Both the position numbers and the translations under genes were made by a program. Below, piece by piece: positions 39,701-47,984 of a DNA stretch of 64,000 nucleotides (position 1 is the first letter of the stretch; each line of letters opens with the position of its first letter). This stretch comes from a virus. The notes under the pieces were generated by a model. That model was not told the origin of the DNA. It worked only from the letters and a program-made list of their open reading frames with translations, and made no database searches. The DNA is taken from positions 64,001 to 128,000 of IMG/VR virus record IMGVR_UViG_3300031884_000939, one strand, 5' to 3'.

Positions 39701-40504
39701 TTTGGTGTTGCTTTAGGATACAATGCTGGCGGATCAGGAAATACAGCATTCCAAGAATCAGGCATTGCTATTGGTACGAGTGCTGGTAATACTAGCCAAG
39801 GCATACATAGTATTGCTATTGGTTGGAATACTGGTGAATATCTACAAGGTAATAGTGCCGTAGCTATTGGAGAAAACGCTGGTTACGCACAACAGGGCGA
39901 TTTTGCTATTGCCATTGGGGCAGTAGCTGGTCGTGCGTTACAAGGTGCTAATGCTATTGCTTTCGGTACTCGAGCTGGATTAGAAGGCCAAGGAGCTTAT
40001 GCTATTGCTATTGGTGCCGAGGCTGCTTCAAATAATCAACCTGTTAATAGTATTGCTATCGTAGCATCTGGTGTTGACCCAGTGCCAACTAACTCAGGAT
40101 TGTATATTGATCCAGTTCGCAATGACACAGGCAATGTAACTAACGCTGTTTACTATAATACAACAACTAAAGAAGTTACATATGGCCCAGCGGGTGGCGG
40201 ATCTAGTGTGGCCGAAGCGGCATTTACTATCCAATCATCTGACTTTAATGCGGTAGTTGGCAATAGATATGGAGTAGACACTACTAGTAATCCAGTAACA
40301 GCCACATTAACTGCGTTTCCTATAACAGGAACTGCTGTGTTCTTTGCTGATGCAGGCGGAGCATTTGCCACAAATAATTTAACAATTAACCCAGTAGGGC
40401 GAACCATTATGGGTTCAAGTGGCAACTATGTTGTTAATACTAACAATAATAGTTTTGGCTTGTTCTGGAATGGAACAACATGGCGCACATATAGTAATGT
40501 TTAA
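36782..40504 (+). CDS. Long tail fibre with two YadA-head-like repeat blocks
   Basis: Many AIAIGxxAGxxxQG repeats; PGGSNTQVQFN; T4 gp34-like C-terminal module (YGVDTTSNPVTATL...FATNNLTI). Confidence 0.85.
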   Translation: MANQIPLIVNAGAGQIQQLATEDNLSVTANVVTGNILAGGYFYANGQPFSGGGNATPGGSNTQVQFNLDGAFAGDSSFTYDSANAANGLILQSSFVANPGASILEVHGLSAYMGEVAGGGIEVNAATHTTTISTPATNITGDVSAAGNITGNFIIGDGSQLTNLPSSTPTNIQYGTTTVAIDAPSGNVYIQVDDNPIWTFNSDATLTAPGTIIAQELNAGDYTYGTSGDAFFHSNISGTSIGVTGGGGIAVDGGGISIGGTGGANIFGIANANIIIGGPYTQSVNVLTPINATNSITATNFYGTDISASGNITSDGKVITVASNLSDGAVSGAGLIAGANTATILYDNSVFGWTVNQGWHPAANATYNLGRPTRYWNNLYSVNVTADNMDIVDGLASNSITSGSFLLANAGNSTTSIIQQNQNPPLGSEAFGIELLTTANDNPGVYSSVSAGPDYVSLQSSNAGNANVTLQGGYGITLNTSNATGGGQQTWTFTEGGQFLAAGDVSTTGNVLAQGVVSATGNIITDGYFVGNFAGNITGNIVVPGSNTQVLFNTNGNVDAVGGLTYNKDSNTLTILGVVSAQGDVFGATINGNGANLTSLYSTVDVIALGRNAGGGSYANSISIGVGSGDQGANSVAVGPYSGANAQGSYSVAIGRSAAYSAQGNIAIAIGRGAGWGNQSDEAISIGYGAGNSTQGYQAISIGSNAGANSQTDNAISIGSAAGFETQGEFSIGIGHIAGGYFQGPQAIAIGLSAGNTTQGANAIALGWIAGNINQGSDGIAIGTNAGNSNQGVGAVAIGRWAGNGNQGINSVALGRNAGNVSQGIEAVAVGHSAGNTTQGNAAVAVGWQAGYISQADYSVAIGAYAGNLNMGANAVAIGSFAGYPNSANNSIAINGNPTPLDAPNAGFYVAPVRNDTGNVTNVVYYNTLTNEVTYGPTTIGSSIVNGNSNVSISTAGGNIDLNVNGNPFGSLGFGVALGYNAGGSGNTAFQESGIAIGTSAGNTSQGIHSIAIGWNTGEYLQGNSAVAIGENAGYAQQGDFAIAIGAVAGRALQGANAIAFGTRAGLEGQGAYAIAIGAEAASNNQPVNSIAIVASGVDPVPTNSGLYIDPVRNDTGNVTNAVYYNTTTKEVTYGPAGGGSSVAEAAFTIQSSDFNAVVGNRYGVDTTSNPVTATLTAFPITGTAVFFADAGGAFATNNLTINPVGRTIMGSSGNYVVNTNNNSFGLFWNGTTWRTYSNV

Positions 40505-40529
40505 TAAATATACAAAAGGAAATTAAATC

Positions 40530-40937
40530 ATGGTAGCACCATTACAAATCGGACCAGGAATTAACATAGGACCAGGAATTAACATAGGAGCAGGAGCAGC
40601 TCCTATTACAGGCGGAACAATCACTTATCTTGAAATGAATCCGCCAGTTATCCCAGGGAACCAATTAGAAGATACTACTGCTACAGTTAACGGATCAGTT
40701 GGCTTTACTATTAACGATCTTACTAAAACAGGAGTAGCAGTATCTAACCTTACACCATCTAATAATACATTCTTTAGTAATCAAGGCACGGGATATTTTG
40801 CTGCTTCATTTGGGCCAGGAAGTACTCATGCTACAGCTATAGTACAAATAGTAAATGTCAGTGGCGGCTTAGTATTCTACATTGACCATACCATAGGTTA
40901 TCCAGCAACATTTAACTATCCATTTGTGATAGCATAA
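40530..40937 (+). CDS. IGxGI-tag virion-associated protein
   Basis: MVAPLQIGPGINIGPGINIGAG followed by a beta domain. Confidence 0.7.
   Translation: MVAPLQIGPGINIGPGINIGAGAAPITGGTITYLEMNPPVIPGNQLEDTTATVNGSVGFTINDLTKTGVAVSNLTPSNNTFFSNQGTGYFAASFGPGSTHATAIVQIVNVSGGLVFYIDHTIGYPATFNYPFVIA
40551..40586 (+). repeat. Exact 18-nt tandem duplication in the tag
   Basis: GGACCAGGAATTAACATA x2. Confidence 0.9.
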
Positions 40938-40949
40938 GGAAAATAAATC

Positions 40950-41039
40950 ATGTATACAACAGCAAATCCAAAACCCGGCGACCCAGGCTTCTGGGAGTGG
41001 CATAGAACTAACAACCCACCAACATTTCCAAAACCTTAA
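40950..41039 (+). CDS. 29-aa Pro-rich peptide
   Basis: MYTTANPKPGDPGFWEWHRTNNPPTFPKP; AAGGA RBS; fills the gap. Confidence 0.5.
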   Translation: MYTTANPKPGDPGFWEWHRTNNPPTFPKP

Positions 41040-41048
41040 GGACAAATT

Positions 41049-41684
41049 ATGTCACAACCATTTACAATAGGCGGCGGTATCGAAATAGGCGGTGGCATTA
41101 GTGTTGGGCAACCTTCAACTCCCCCAGGCCCTACGGTAACAGGAGTTAATCCTAATTTTGGATATGCCAACGGCAATACTTATGTTGAAGTGTATGGTAC
41201 TTTATTAGATACAGTTACATCGTGCTCAATTGGTGGTATTGTTCAAACTCAATTTGTATGTTTTGGTAATCCTACCTTGGCTTATATATTTCAAACAGAA
41301 CCAGGAGTTGCTGGCACTGGATTAAGTGTAGAAGTTACCAATCCAGATGGAACAAGTGTTCCAAATACATTGTGGACTTGCTTACCTGCAGTACCTTTCC
41401 CAACAGTTACTTCGATTAGCCCTAATAACGGACCTGCGGCCGGCGGAACACCAGTAACTATCACTGGATCAGGATTTACAGCAGGAGACGATTATAATAC
41501 CTATCCTCAGTTTGGGGATCTGCTTGGGTCATGCAGTTTAGCCAATGTTACTATAGATTCAACGACGCAGATATCCGGAATCACTAATCCATTTCCACCA
41601 GGTGTATATAATGTACTGGTTACGACTCCGGCTACTGGTCCAGCTAATCCAGCTACATTAACCAATGGTTGGACTTATACTTAA
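41049..41684 (+). CDS. IGxGI-tag protein with two IPT/TIG domains
   Basis: IGGGIEIGGGISVG; PTVTGVNPNFG and PTVTSISPNNGPAAGGTPVTITGSGF. Confidence 0.8.
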   Translation: MSQPFTIGGGIEIGGGISVGQPSTPPGPTVTGVNPNFGYANGNTYVEVYGTLLDTVTSCSIGGIVQTQFVCFGNPTLAYIFQTEPGVAGTGLSVEVTNPDGTSVPNTLWTCLPAVPFPTVTSISPNNGPAAGGTPVTITGSGFTAGDDYNTYPQFGDLLGSCSLANVTIDSTTQISGITNPFPPGVYNVLVTTPATGPANPATLTNGWTYT

Positions 41685-41696
41685 CATCCGCATTAA

Positions 41697-41735
41697 TATG
41701 CCCGCTGGCACGGTTCCAACTGTAAAAAATCCTAG
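41697..41735 (+). pseudogene. 3' remnant of a homing endonuclease
   Basis: YARWHGSNCKKS* mirrors the RWH..C termini of the endonucleases at 22073 and 29809. Confidence 0.6.
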
Positions 41736-41757
41736 GCCATTAACTACCCACTAAATA

Positions 41758-41861
41758 ATATTAGCAACATACACTCGTGACTTAGTTGAGTATAAAATTA
41801 AGCTGGTGGGTCGGTAAACTCGGTAATAATAAAACCAAAAAGCACCTTACGGTGCTTTTTT
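41758..41861 (+). ncRNA. Candidate small pseudoknot RNA
   Basis: Lies between TAAATA (41752) and a terminator; no ORF; ACUC/GAGU stem with loop CUUAGU pairing to downstream AUUAAG. Confidence 0.4.
41837..41861 (+). terminator. Intrinsic terminator
   Basis: AAAAAGCACC-TTAC-GGTGCTTTTTT. Confidence 0.88.
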
Positions 41862-41912
41862 GTTGACTTTTAACTTTAGCTAAATACATTATAAGTTTAA
41901 AGGATAACAATC

Positions 41913-42986
41913 ATGGTAGCACCATTACAAATTGGCGGTGGAATTAATATAGGCGGTGGAATTAGTGTTGGCCCAGCGGGCCCAGGACCTGCGACTATCC
42001 CAATCTTAGATATAACAGGACATACATTTGGCCAACCATTTGCTGACGTTACATTTGACATAACCAGTGATGGCGGCAGTCCTATAATTGAAGCCGGAGT
42101 CATCTGGGGATTGCCCGGGCAGACAACTTATGCTATCAGCGTAGATAGTTGTGTGACAACTAGCACTACTTCAGAAAGAAAAGCTGTACGAAGCGGCGAC
42201 GATTGTGGAAATCCAATACTTACTGGAATTACCGGATCACAAACAGTTGGCTTTAACGCTAGTGAATTTCTATATGAATCTATCAATGCAGTCGCTTATG
42301 CTATCAATTCAGTAGGTATATCATATAGTCCCACAGTACTAACTTGGGTTCCTACTATTTGTTTAGCTGAAGGAACATTGATCACATTAGCAGATGAAAG
42401 TACAAAACCCATTGAAAATATTCTAATGTCAGACGTGATTCGAGTTTGGGATTTTGATAAAGGTGTATTTGCTTCAGCCAAACCGTTATGGATCAAACAA
42501 AAAGAAACAACTATGCGGTATAACTTACTAACATTTAGTGATGGAACAACACTTAAAACTATTGAACAGCACAGAATTTTTAATAAGGAAGCTGGAGCAT
42601 TTACTTACCCAATGACTGATGATACTCCTATTGGCACTACAACTATTAATGTATTGGGCAATGAGATTACATTAGTTGATAAGTGTGTTATGATTGACAC
42701 AGTTAATTACTACAATGTAATTACAGAACACTACCTAAACTTATATGCTGACGGCATTTTAACCAGTATGCGTTATAACAACATCTATCCTATTGTTAAT
42801 ATGAAGTTTGTCAAAGACTCTCGTCAACTGCGTAAGCGTAACGAGTTTGTTGGTATAGACCAGCGTTGGATTGATGGGTTGCGATTAACAGAGCAAACAA
42901 TACCATTAGCAGCTATTAAACGATACACACAGCGACTAGAGTACACAGACGCTAATCAGCAGATAATAAAGGAAACAATATCATGA
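41913..42986 (+). CDS. IGxGI-tag + FN3-like + Hint-domain protein
   Basis: IGGGINIGGGISVG; ITSDGGSPI...AYAINSVG; Hint CLAEGTLITLAD (Cys at 42360), TIEQHRIF, YYNV...LYADGILTS. Confidence 0.8.
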   Translation: MVAPLQIGGGINIGGGISVGPAGPGPATIPILDITGHTFGQPFADVTFDITSDGGSPIIEAGVIWGLPGQTTYAISVDSCVTTSTTSERKAVRSGDDCGNPILTGITGSQTVGFNASEFLYESINAVAYAINSVGISYSPTVLTWVPTICLAEGTLITLADESTKPIENILMSDVIRVWDFDKGVFASAKPLWIKQKETTMRYNLLTFSDGTTLKTIEQHRIFNKEAGAFTYPMTDDTPIGTTTINVLGNEITLVDKCVMIDTVNYYNVITEHYLNLYADGILTSMRYNNIYPIVNMKFVKDSRQLRKRNEFVGIDQRWIDGLRLTEQTIPLAAIKRYTQRLEYTDANQQIIKETIS

Positions 42987-42989
42987 CAG

Positions 42990-43325
42990 CTACTGCTCAA
43001 TATGACGACATTTGCCCCTAAATTTATATCCTGGACAAGAGCATTGACTTACACCGTTTACTTCAGTAATGGTATATTTTTCTCCCTTGCTTCCTAACAC
43101 AATTTTAACAAAGCCTTCTGGAATTACTTCCTTAGGAATAAAGTTCCAAGTATTATTGATCTCTTTAAATTTGCGACGACTAGCACTAAAGGGTAATGGG
43201 TTATTGAATTCTTTAATCTCGCCTGTACTCTTTTTTACATAAGCAAACATCTTATCTTTGCTGTCATTAACAAAGTAAACATGATTAGGCAAGTCCCAAT
43301 CGGTTACTTCCTTTATTGTTTTCAT
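42990..43325 (-). CDS. SWIM zinc-finger protein
   Basis: GSKGEKYTI...CSCPGYKFRGKCRH. Confidence 0.75.
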   Translation of the reverse strand: MKTIKEVTDWDLPNHVYFVNDSKDKMFAYVKKSTGEIKEFNNPLPFSASRRKFKEINNTWNFIPKEVIPEGFVKIVLGSKGEKYTITEVNGVSQCSCPGYKFRGKCRHIEQ

Positions 43326-43666
43326 CCTGTTACTCTTTCGTTAGGTTTATAATCACGCACCATTTTAACTAAACGATCGCGATGTAGCGTAATACACTCC
43401 ACTACACGATCATAAGCGTCTGCTGAGTGCCCGCCAATATGCCAAGCATATTCAAACATTGGCGTATGATAACCCATCTTCCAATCATAAATTGAAGCAA
43501 TGGTGCCATCTTCAAACTTTAATGCCCATTCACAACTAGACTTATCCAAGTCAGCGTTAGGACCAACATCAGGGCGACCAAATATCTCTACAAGTTCAGA
43601 AAATGTAATTGGGAACTCACCCTTTGAACTAGTCATATTAACATTAGCTCGATTAGTAAATTTCAT
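43322..43666 (-). CDS. Hypothetical protein
   Basis: LVEIFG.P, DK..CEW, ASIYDWK, WHIGG. Confidence 0.7.
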   Translation of the reverse strand: MKFTNRANVNMTSSKGEFPITFSELVEIFGRPDVGPNADLDKSSCEWALKFEDGTIASIYDWKMGYHTPMFEYAWHIGGHSADAYDRVVECITLHRDRLVKMVRDYKPNERVTG

Positions 43667-44057
43667 CTTCTTCTTCCTCTTCTTCAATATTCTCGTCACT
43701 AGTATCAATAACTACGCTACCAAATCTAATTACACCGCCTGCACTAAATGTACTAAAGTCTTGTAGAAATTCAATTACGCGACCACTACCCAAATTCTCA
43801 ATCTCTGACGGGGCGATATCTTTAACATTAATACAACCAATTAGGCCAGCATCTACTGGATACTTGTTACCTTGCTCGTCAACGTAAGTGCCATCACCAT
43901 ACTTGGTAGTAAATGTAGCAAAACGAGTACCATCTTTAAGATTAAACTCGCCGTCTAGTACATTGTTGTCACTACAAGTTAAACTACAAAACTCGTCCCA
44001 CCGATCGTTTAGGACATAACAAAGATCGCCAATATAGAATGTTCCAGCTTTCATCAT
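43653..44057 (-). CDS. Hypothetical protein
   Basis: YIGDLCYV, TKYGDG.Y, YPVDAGLIG. Confidence 0.7.
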   Translation of the reverse strand: MMKAGTFYIGDLCYVLNDRWDEFCSLTCSDNNVLDGEFNLKDGTRFATFTTKYGDGTYVDEQGNKYPVDAGLIGCINVKDIAPSEIENLGSGRVIEFLQDFSTFSAGGVIRFGSVVIDTSDENIEEEEEEDEIY

Positions 44058-44221
44058 TGCTTAATCTCCAAAATATCATCTATCGCAAAATTATCACCAT
44101 CATAAGGCTCGCCAATATTAGCCGTACCCGACATAACCATGTCGCGGGCTTGATCTTCTGACTCAGCTTCCACAGTAAACCGATAACAAACTGTTTCGCT
44201 ACAAAGAATTTCAAATTTCAT
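44054..44221 (-). CDS. Small acidic hypothetical protein
   Basis: VEAESEDQA motif. Confidence 0.55.
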   Translation of the reverse strand: MKFEILCSETVCYRFTVEAESEDQARDMVMSGTANIGEPYDGDNFAIDDILEIKQ

Positions 44222-44418
44222 ACTGTTACCATCTCCCAATTATAAATCCTGCGTTCCATTTCAGCGTTAATAACATCACGGATCAATGCTTCCACTGTAT
44301 CGACTGAATCACAACGATTAAATGTTTCAGCAAGGCCTTCTAATTCTTTAGTAGGCATTGCCTTAACCATTGCTTGATATTGTGCTTTAGTTGGGATTTT
44401 ATTGTAGGATGATTTCAT
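44218..44418 (-). CDS. Hypothetical protein
   Basis: AAGGAG before MKSSY. Confidence 0.55.
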   Translation of the reverse strand: MKSSYNKIPTKAQYQAMVKAMPTKELEGLAETFNRCDSVDTVEALIRDVINAEMERRIYNWEMVTV

Positions 44419-44428
44419 TAAGTTCTCC

Positions 44429-44710
44429 TTATTCAGACAAGTTAATAATACGAGCGTCATATTCCATGAAGCTCACTTGCATTGGGACGAACACTTCTTT
44501 AGTAACACGACCACCATAACCAAATGCTGTATATTCTTTATTGTCAAACACATCTTTAGTAACACGGATTTTGAAAGCCTTGTAACCTTGACTGTTGTCA
44601 ATAGCTAAAACTTTACCTTCTACGAAACAGTCACTACGACCAATCATTGGCTTAAAGTCATAAGCACGGATAGTTTGACCAACTTTAGCGATATTTTGGA
44701 ATTTCAACAT
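44429..44710 (-). CDS. Early hypothetical protein
   Basis: VGQTIRAYDF...FVEGKV; strong promoter and RBS. Confidence 0.7.
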   Translation of the reverse strand: MLKFQNIAKVGQTIRAYDFKPMIGRSDCFVEGKVLAIDNSQGYKAFKIRVTKDVFDNKEYTAFGYGGRVTKEVFVPMQVSFMEYDARIINLSE

Positions 44711-44725
44711 TTAATGCTCCTTTTC

Positions 44726-44771
44726 ATTTACTATACATGCAGTATAGCTGATTGGCAATTTCTCGTCAACC
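44726..44771 (-). promoter_or_regulatory. Early sigma70 promoter with ATAGTAAAT box
   Basis: GGTTGACG-N17-TATACT-N6-ATAGTAAAT. Confidence 0.85.
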
Positions 44772-44823
44772 AAAATCTACTCGGAGCAGACCCATATAGA
44801 TAGGGCCTAGTTTCGTTGTTTTC

Positions 44824-45888
44824 TTACAACAAACCGTACTTTTTGAGGATTTCCAGGGATTTTATAGCTGAATTAGCCCAAGAGTACTTAGACCTTATGA
44901 TTTCACTGTTTTTAGCGGCTTGAACGCTAAGACTAGCATAATTGTCATATGCTTGTTTAATTGCTGTGGCTATGCTGTCTACACTACTGACTGCCCACTT
45001 ACCATAGTTACCATCGGGTGCTGGATAAAACTCTTGATATTCAGGACAAGCGATAGGTTCTAACTCATAAGGAACTAATACGCAAGATGATTTAATATCT
45101 TGTATAAACTCTGTTTGTCCCGAATGATATGTAGTAATTAATGGTAGCCCACAAGCCGCGGCTTCAATTAAAGGTAAGCCCCAACCTTCTGCCTTTGACG
45201 GAAATAAGAATACATCAGCTGACCTATACAAGTTAGATAAGTCTTCGATAGTTCTGTGTCCCCATATCAATTTAATATTGTTCGCACCTGTGCTTGCTAT
45301 CTTAGCATCTAGCTCTGCTTTCTTTGATTCAACATTACGGAAGAAGTCAGATTTGATTACTAACTCTACATTGGGATTATTACCAAATACACGAGCAAAA
45401 GCATCAATACTTTCTTCAACTGACTTACGCATTTCGTATTTGCCAATCAATAAGAATCTAAACTTATCGTGCGTAGGTTTGAAATAAGGATGAAAGGTAT
45501 TACCATCAACACCTTCAGGTACAACATCAATTTGAATAGGTTTTAATCCATTCTCTAAAGACATCTTGCGACCCCATTCAGTTGGCAGCCATAGTTGATG
45601 CTTTTTCATTATGTCTAACAACTTAGGTGGAATAACTGTAGATTCAAACACGCACCAATTAATATTATTGCCGTTGAAGTATTCATTTAGGTTAGCACAT
45701 ACAAAAGCAATATTGATATCGCCCTGTTTACTAGCCGATGCCGCAACTTTGATAGCTTCCTGATTTTGGAAGTCAACTAATTCAAGAACAGGCTTCATGC
45801 CTTTAATTTCAGCAATAGCTTTGGAGTAGTGATGGAAGTGTGTACCAATGCCGCTATCATTGGCTTGGCCTATAAGTCTAATCTTCAT
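44824..45888 (-). CDS. GT4 glycosyltransferase
   Basis: VVPEGVD, RK, ADVFLFPSKAEGWGLPLIEAAACGLP. Confidence 0.92.
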   Translation of the reverse strand: MKIRLIGQANDSGIGTHFHHYSKAIAEIKGMKPVLELVDFQNQEAIKVAASASKQGDINIAFVCANLNEYFNGNNINWCVFESTVIPPKLLDIMKKHQLWLPTEWGRKMSLENGLKPIQIDVVPEGVDGNTFHPYFKPTHDKFRFLLIGKYEMRKSVEESIDAFARVFGNNPNVELVIKSDFFRNVESKKAELDAKIASTGANNIKLIWGHRTIEDLSNLYRSADVFLFPSKAEGWGLPLIEAAACGLPLITTYHSGQTEFIQDIKSSCVLVPYELEPIACPEYQEFYPAPDGNYGKWAVSSVDSIATAIKQAYDNYASLSVQAAKNSEIIRSKYSWANSAIKSLEILKKYGLL

Positions 45889-45901
45889 TAAACTTAATTA
45901 G

Positions 45902-47029
45902 TTAAGATAATTGTTCCCAGGATAAAAACTGTGCGTTCTTCAGGGATTGGACACGGGCTGTTGGATTAGTTTCAAAGATACCATTAGCATAACGAACATG
46001 GATTTCTACTTGTGCGTTTTCTTCTGAGTCTTTCATACCAATCAATGCTATGAACTTCATTGTTGCGCCTTCCGGAGCGGCAAACACAACATCTTTAAGT
46101 GTTAAGTCAGCTACGTCATCGATGGATGGAACATAGTACACATGACTTGGGTTAACATAAAAGAAAGGACGCTTAACAAACTTAACTAGCTTGGCCGCTG
46201 TACCACCTTGTGATAAGTGTGCTTTCATAATGGCTGTAAACTTCTCGGCAATAGCTTCAACTAATGGCGCCATTAAACCTTTTTGGGTAGCATAATTAGC
46301 TACAAACCAATCACCAAATGCTCGTTGCCAATAAGCATTCTTTTCCATGTCAGCCATAATCTCTTGGCTAGTTCCTACTTTTTGATTCTTGCCGTTACAA
46401 GTAAACTTCTTAGTCTTAGGATCAAATACAACATAATATTTGGCTGTATCTTTGCCGCCAACAGGAACACCTGGATTCTTTTGTGCTAACTGTAACACTT
46501 GGGTGAACACACCTTTTTTCCAAGAAAGATATTCTGGACGAGCATAGCGTAAGAAAGCATCGCCGCCTACTTCTAAACCTAAGTCCTTAGGACTAGGATT
46601 GTTTAATGTAATACCAGACTTTTCTTTAATTGATACCCCGGATATAGTGCTACCAACGAACTCAATATCAGCACTTGTTTCTGGATTAATATTTGCTCCG
46701 CCTGCCCAATCAAACTGATCAACTACTTCACCCACTTCAACTAACTTATTAACTACGATAGGCTTAACAGTAGCTTGGGCATAATCATACCAACGCTTTA
46801 ACAGTTCAGGATTATATGCCGGTGCTAACAACTTTTTAATGTCATTATATGTATTTTGTGGATTGGCTAGCATACTAGGAGGAATACTGCGCTCAGGTTT
46901 GCTAGGATCAAACTTATCAACATTAGCACTACAAAAGCTCAATAACATTCCTATTTCGGAGTTATAACGAACAGCATCGGACTTGCCGCCTTCGTTTAAT
47001 TGTTCGTCTTGGAATTCAAATAATCTCAT
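45902..47029 (-). CDS. Putative PD-(D/E)xK restriction-like endonuclease, late expressed
   Basis: TSADIEF...GVSIK pattern; MRLFE..LNE N-terminus; TAAATA at 47037-47042. Confidence 0.45.
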   Translation of the reverse strand: MRLFEFQDEQLNEGGKSDAVRYNSEIGMLLSFCSANVDKFDPSKPERSIPPSMLANPQNTYNDIKKLLAPAYNPELLKRWYDYAQATVKPIVVNKLVEVGEVVDQFDWAGGANINPETSADIEFVGSTISGVSIKEKSGITLNNPSPKDLGLEVGGDAFLRYARPEYLSWKKGVFTQVLQLAQKNPGVPVGGKDTAKYYVVFDPKTKKFTCNGKNQKVGTSQEIMADMEKNAYWQRAFGDWFVANYATQKGLMAPLVEAIAEKFTAIMKAHLSQGGTAAKLVKFVKRPFFYVNPSHVYYVPSIDDVADLTLKDVVFAAPEGATMKFIALIGMKDSEENAQVEIHVRYANGIFETNPTARVQSLKNAQFLSWEQLS

Positions 47030-47039
47030 GGTTATATAT

Positions 47040-47984
47040 TTAGCAATTCCAAATGTAAATCTTATCCTGTTTCTTTTTACCTTTTGCTTGCCCTAACTGC
47101 TGTAATAAATCCTCTTCCCCATGGCATGGAGTTAACCCATATTTGATAGCATCATCATACATTTTAGGGCTAATATTAAAGCATACAGTTCCGCCCTGCT
47201 TAATATTATCCACACATTTTTGCCACAAGGGAATAAAGAATCCTTCATAAAAGGCTTTATCGTTTTCCCAGGGCTTCATGTTCTTGTATAATTCCATATT
47301 AATATATGGCGGGCTAGTTAATACAAAATCATAATTAATTTTGGAGAAATCTACATCCAAGCAACTGTCCCAAATCATTTCTAATTTAGAGGGATTTTCC
47401 ATAGAAAATAAGCCATTACCAAAGCTGACTTTATTATCTAAAAAGTCTATCATGCCGTCGTATGCTGGCTTCATATCTATATTAGTATCAATGCCCACAT
47501 AGTCTATGCCTAAACTCCATGCGCCCAACATACGGCCGCCCCAACCTGCTGTGGGATCTAATACTGCTGTAGCATTATATTTCTTATACAAGTATTTGGC
47601 TGTTACGGATTTAAACATAACAATCGAACCAGTATTAATTCTATAACATTCAAATATATTATTAGCAGGGACCTTGCCGCCTCTATTTCTTTTGCGAGTT
47701 TGTTCAATTAAGAAAGCCTTTTTAACAGGATCGGCCCACATCTCATATAATGTTTCCCTGGGCTTGCCTGAACGCTCTCTAGTACAATATAATAAATTAG
47801 GAAATTGAAAGTGATAAAGGAAACGATTGCCAGCAAAGTTATTTTCGTTATTAATGCCGTCGTATTTGTTTAAATTAGCCAAATCTTTATTCAGCTCTAT
47901 ATCAGATATTTGTTTATGATTAACGATATCTTCTATAGTTACTAACTCTAAATGGTCATTAACAGTTCTTACTTTTTTATTCAT
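47040..47984 (-). CDS. Amino (N4-C/N6-A) DNA methyltransferase
   Basis: VLDPTAGWGGR SAM motif, YVGID, FVLTSPPY. Confidence 0.85.
   Translation of the reverse strand: MNKKVRTVNDHLELVTIEDIVNHKQISDIELNKDLANLNKYDGINNENNFAGNRFLYHFQFPNLLYCTRERSGKPRETLYEMWADPVKKAFLIEQTRKRNRGGKVPANNIFECYRINTGSIVMFKSVTAKYLYKKYNATAVLDPTAGWGGRMLGAWSLGIDYVGIDTNIDMKPAYDGMIDFLDNKVSFGNGLFSMENPSKLEMIWDSCLDVDFSKINYDFVLTSPPYINMELYKNMKPWENDKAFYEGFFIPLWQKCVDNIKQGGTVCFNISPKMYDDAIKYGLTPCHGEEDLLQQLGQAKGKKKQDKIYIWNC

Noticed and set aside
42360-42770. Canonical splicing intein
   Set aside because: No terminal His-Asn followed by Cys/Ser/Thr, no endonuclease domain and no conserved host protein interrupted
34665-42986. Diversity-generating retroelement acting on the fibres
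   Set aside because: No reverse transcriptase, and the paralogous blocks differ at synonymous positions generally rather than only at adenines
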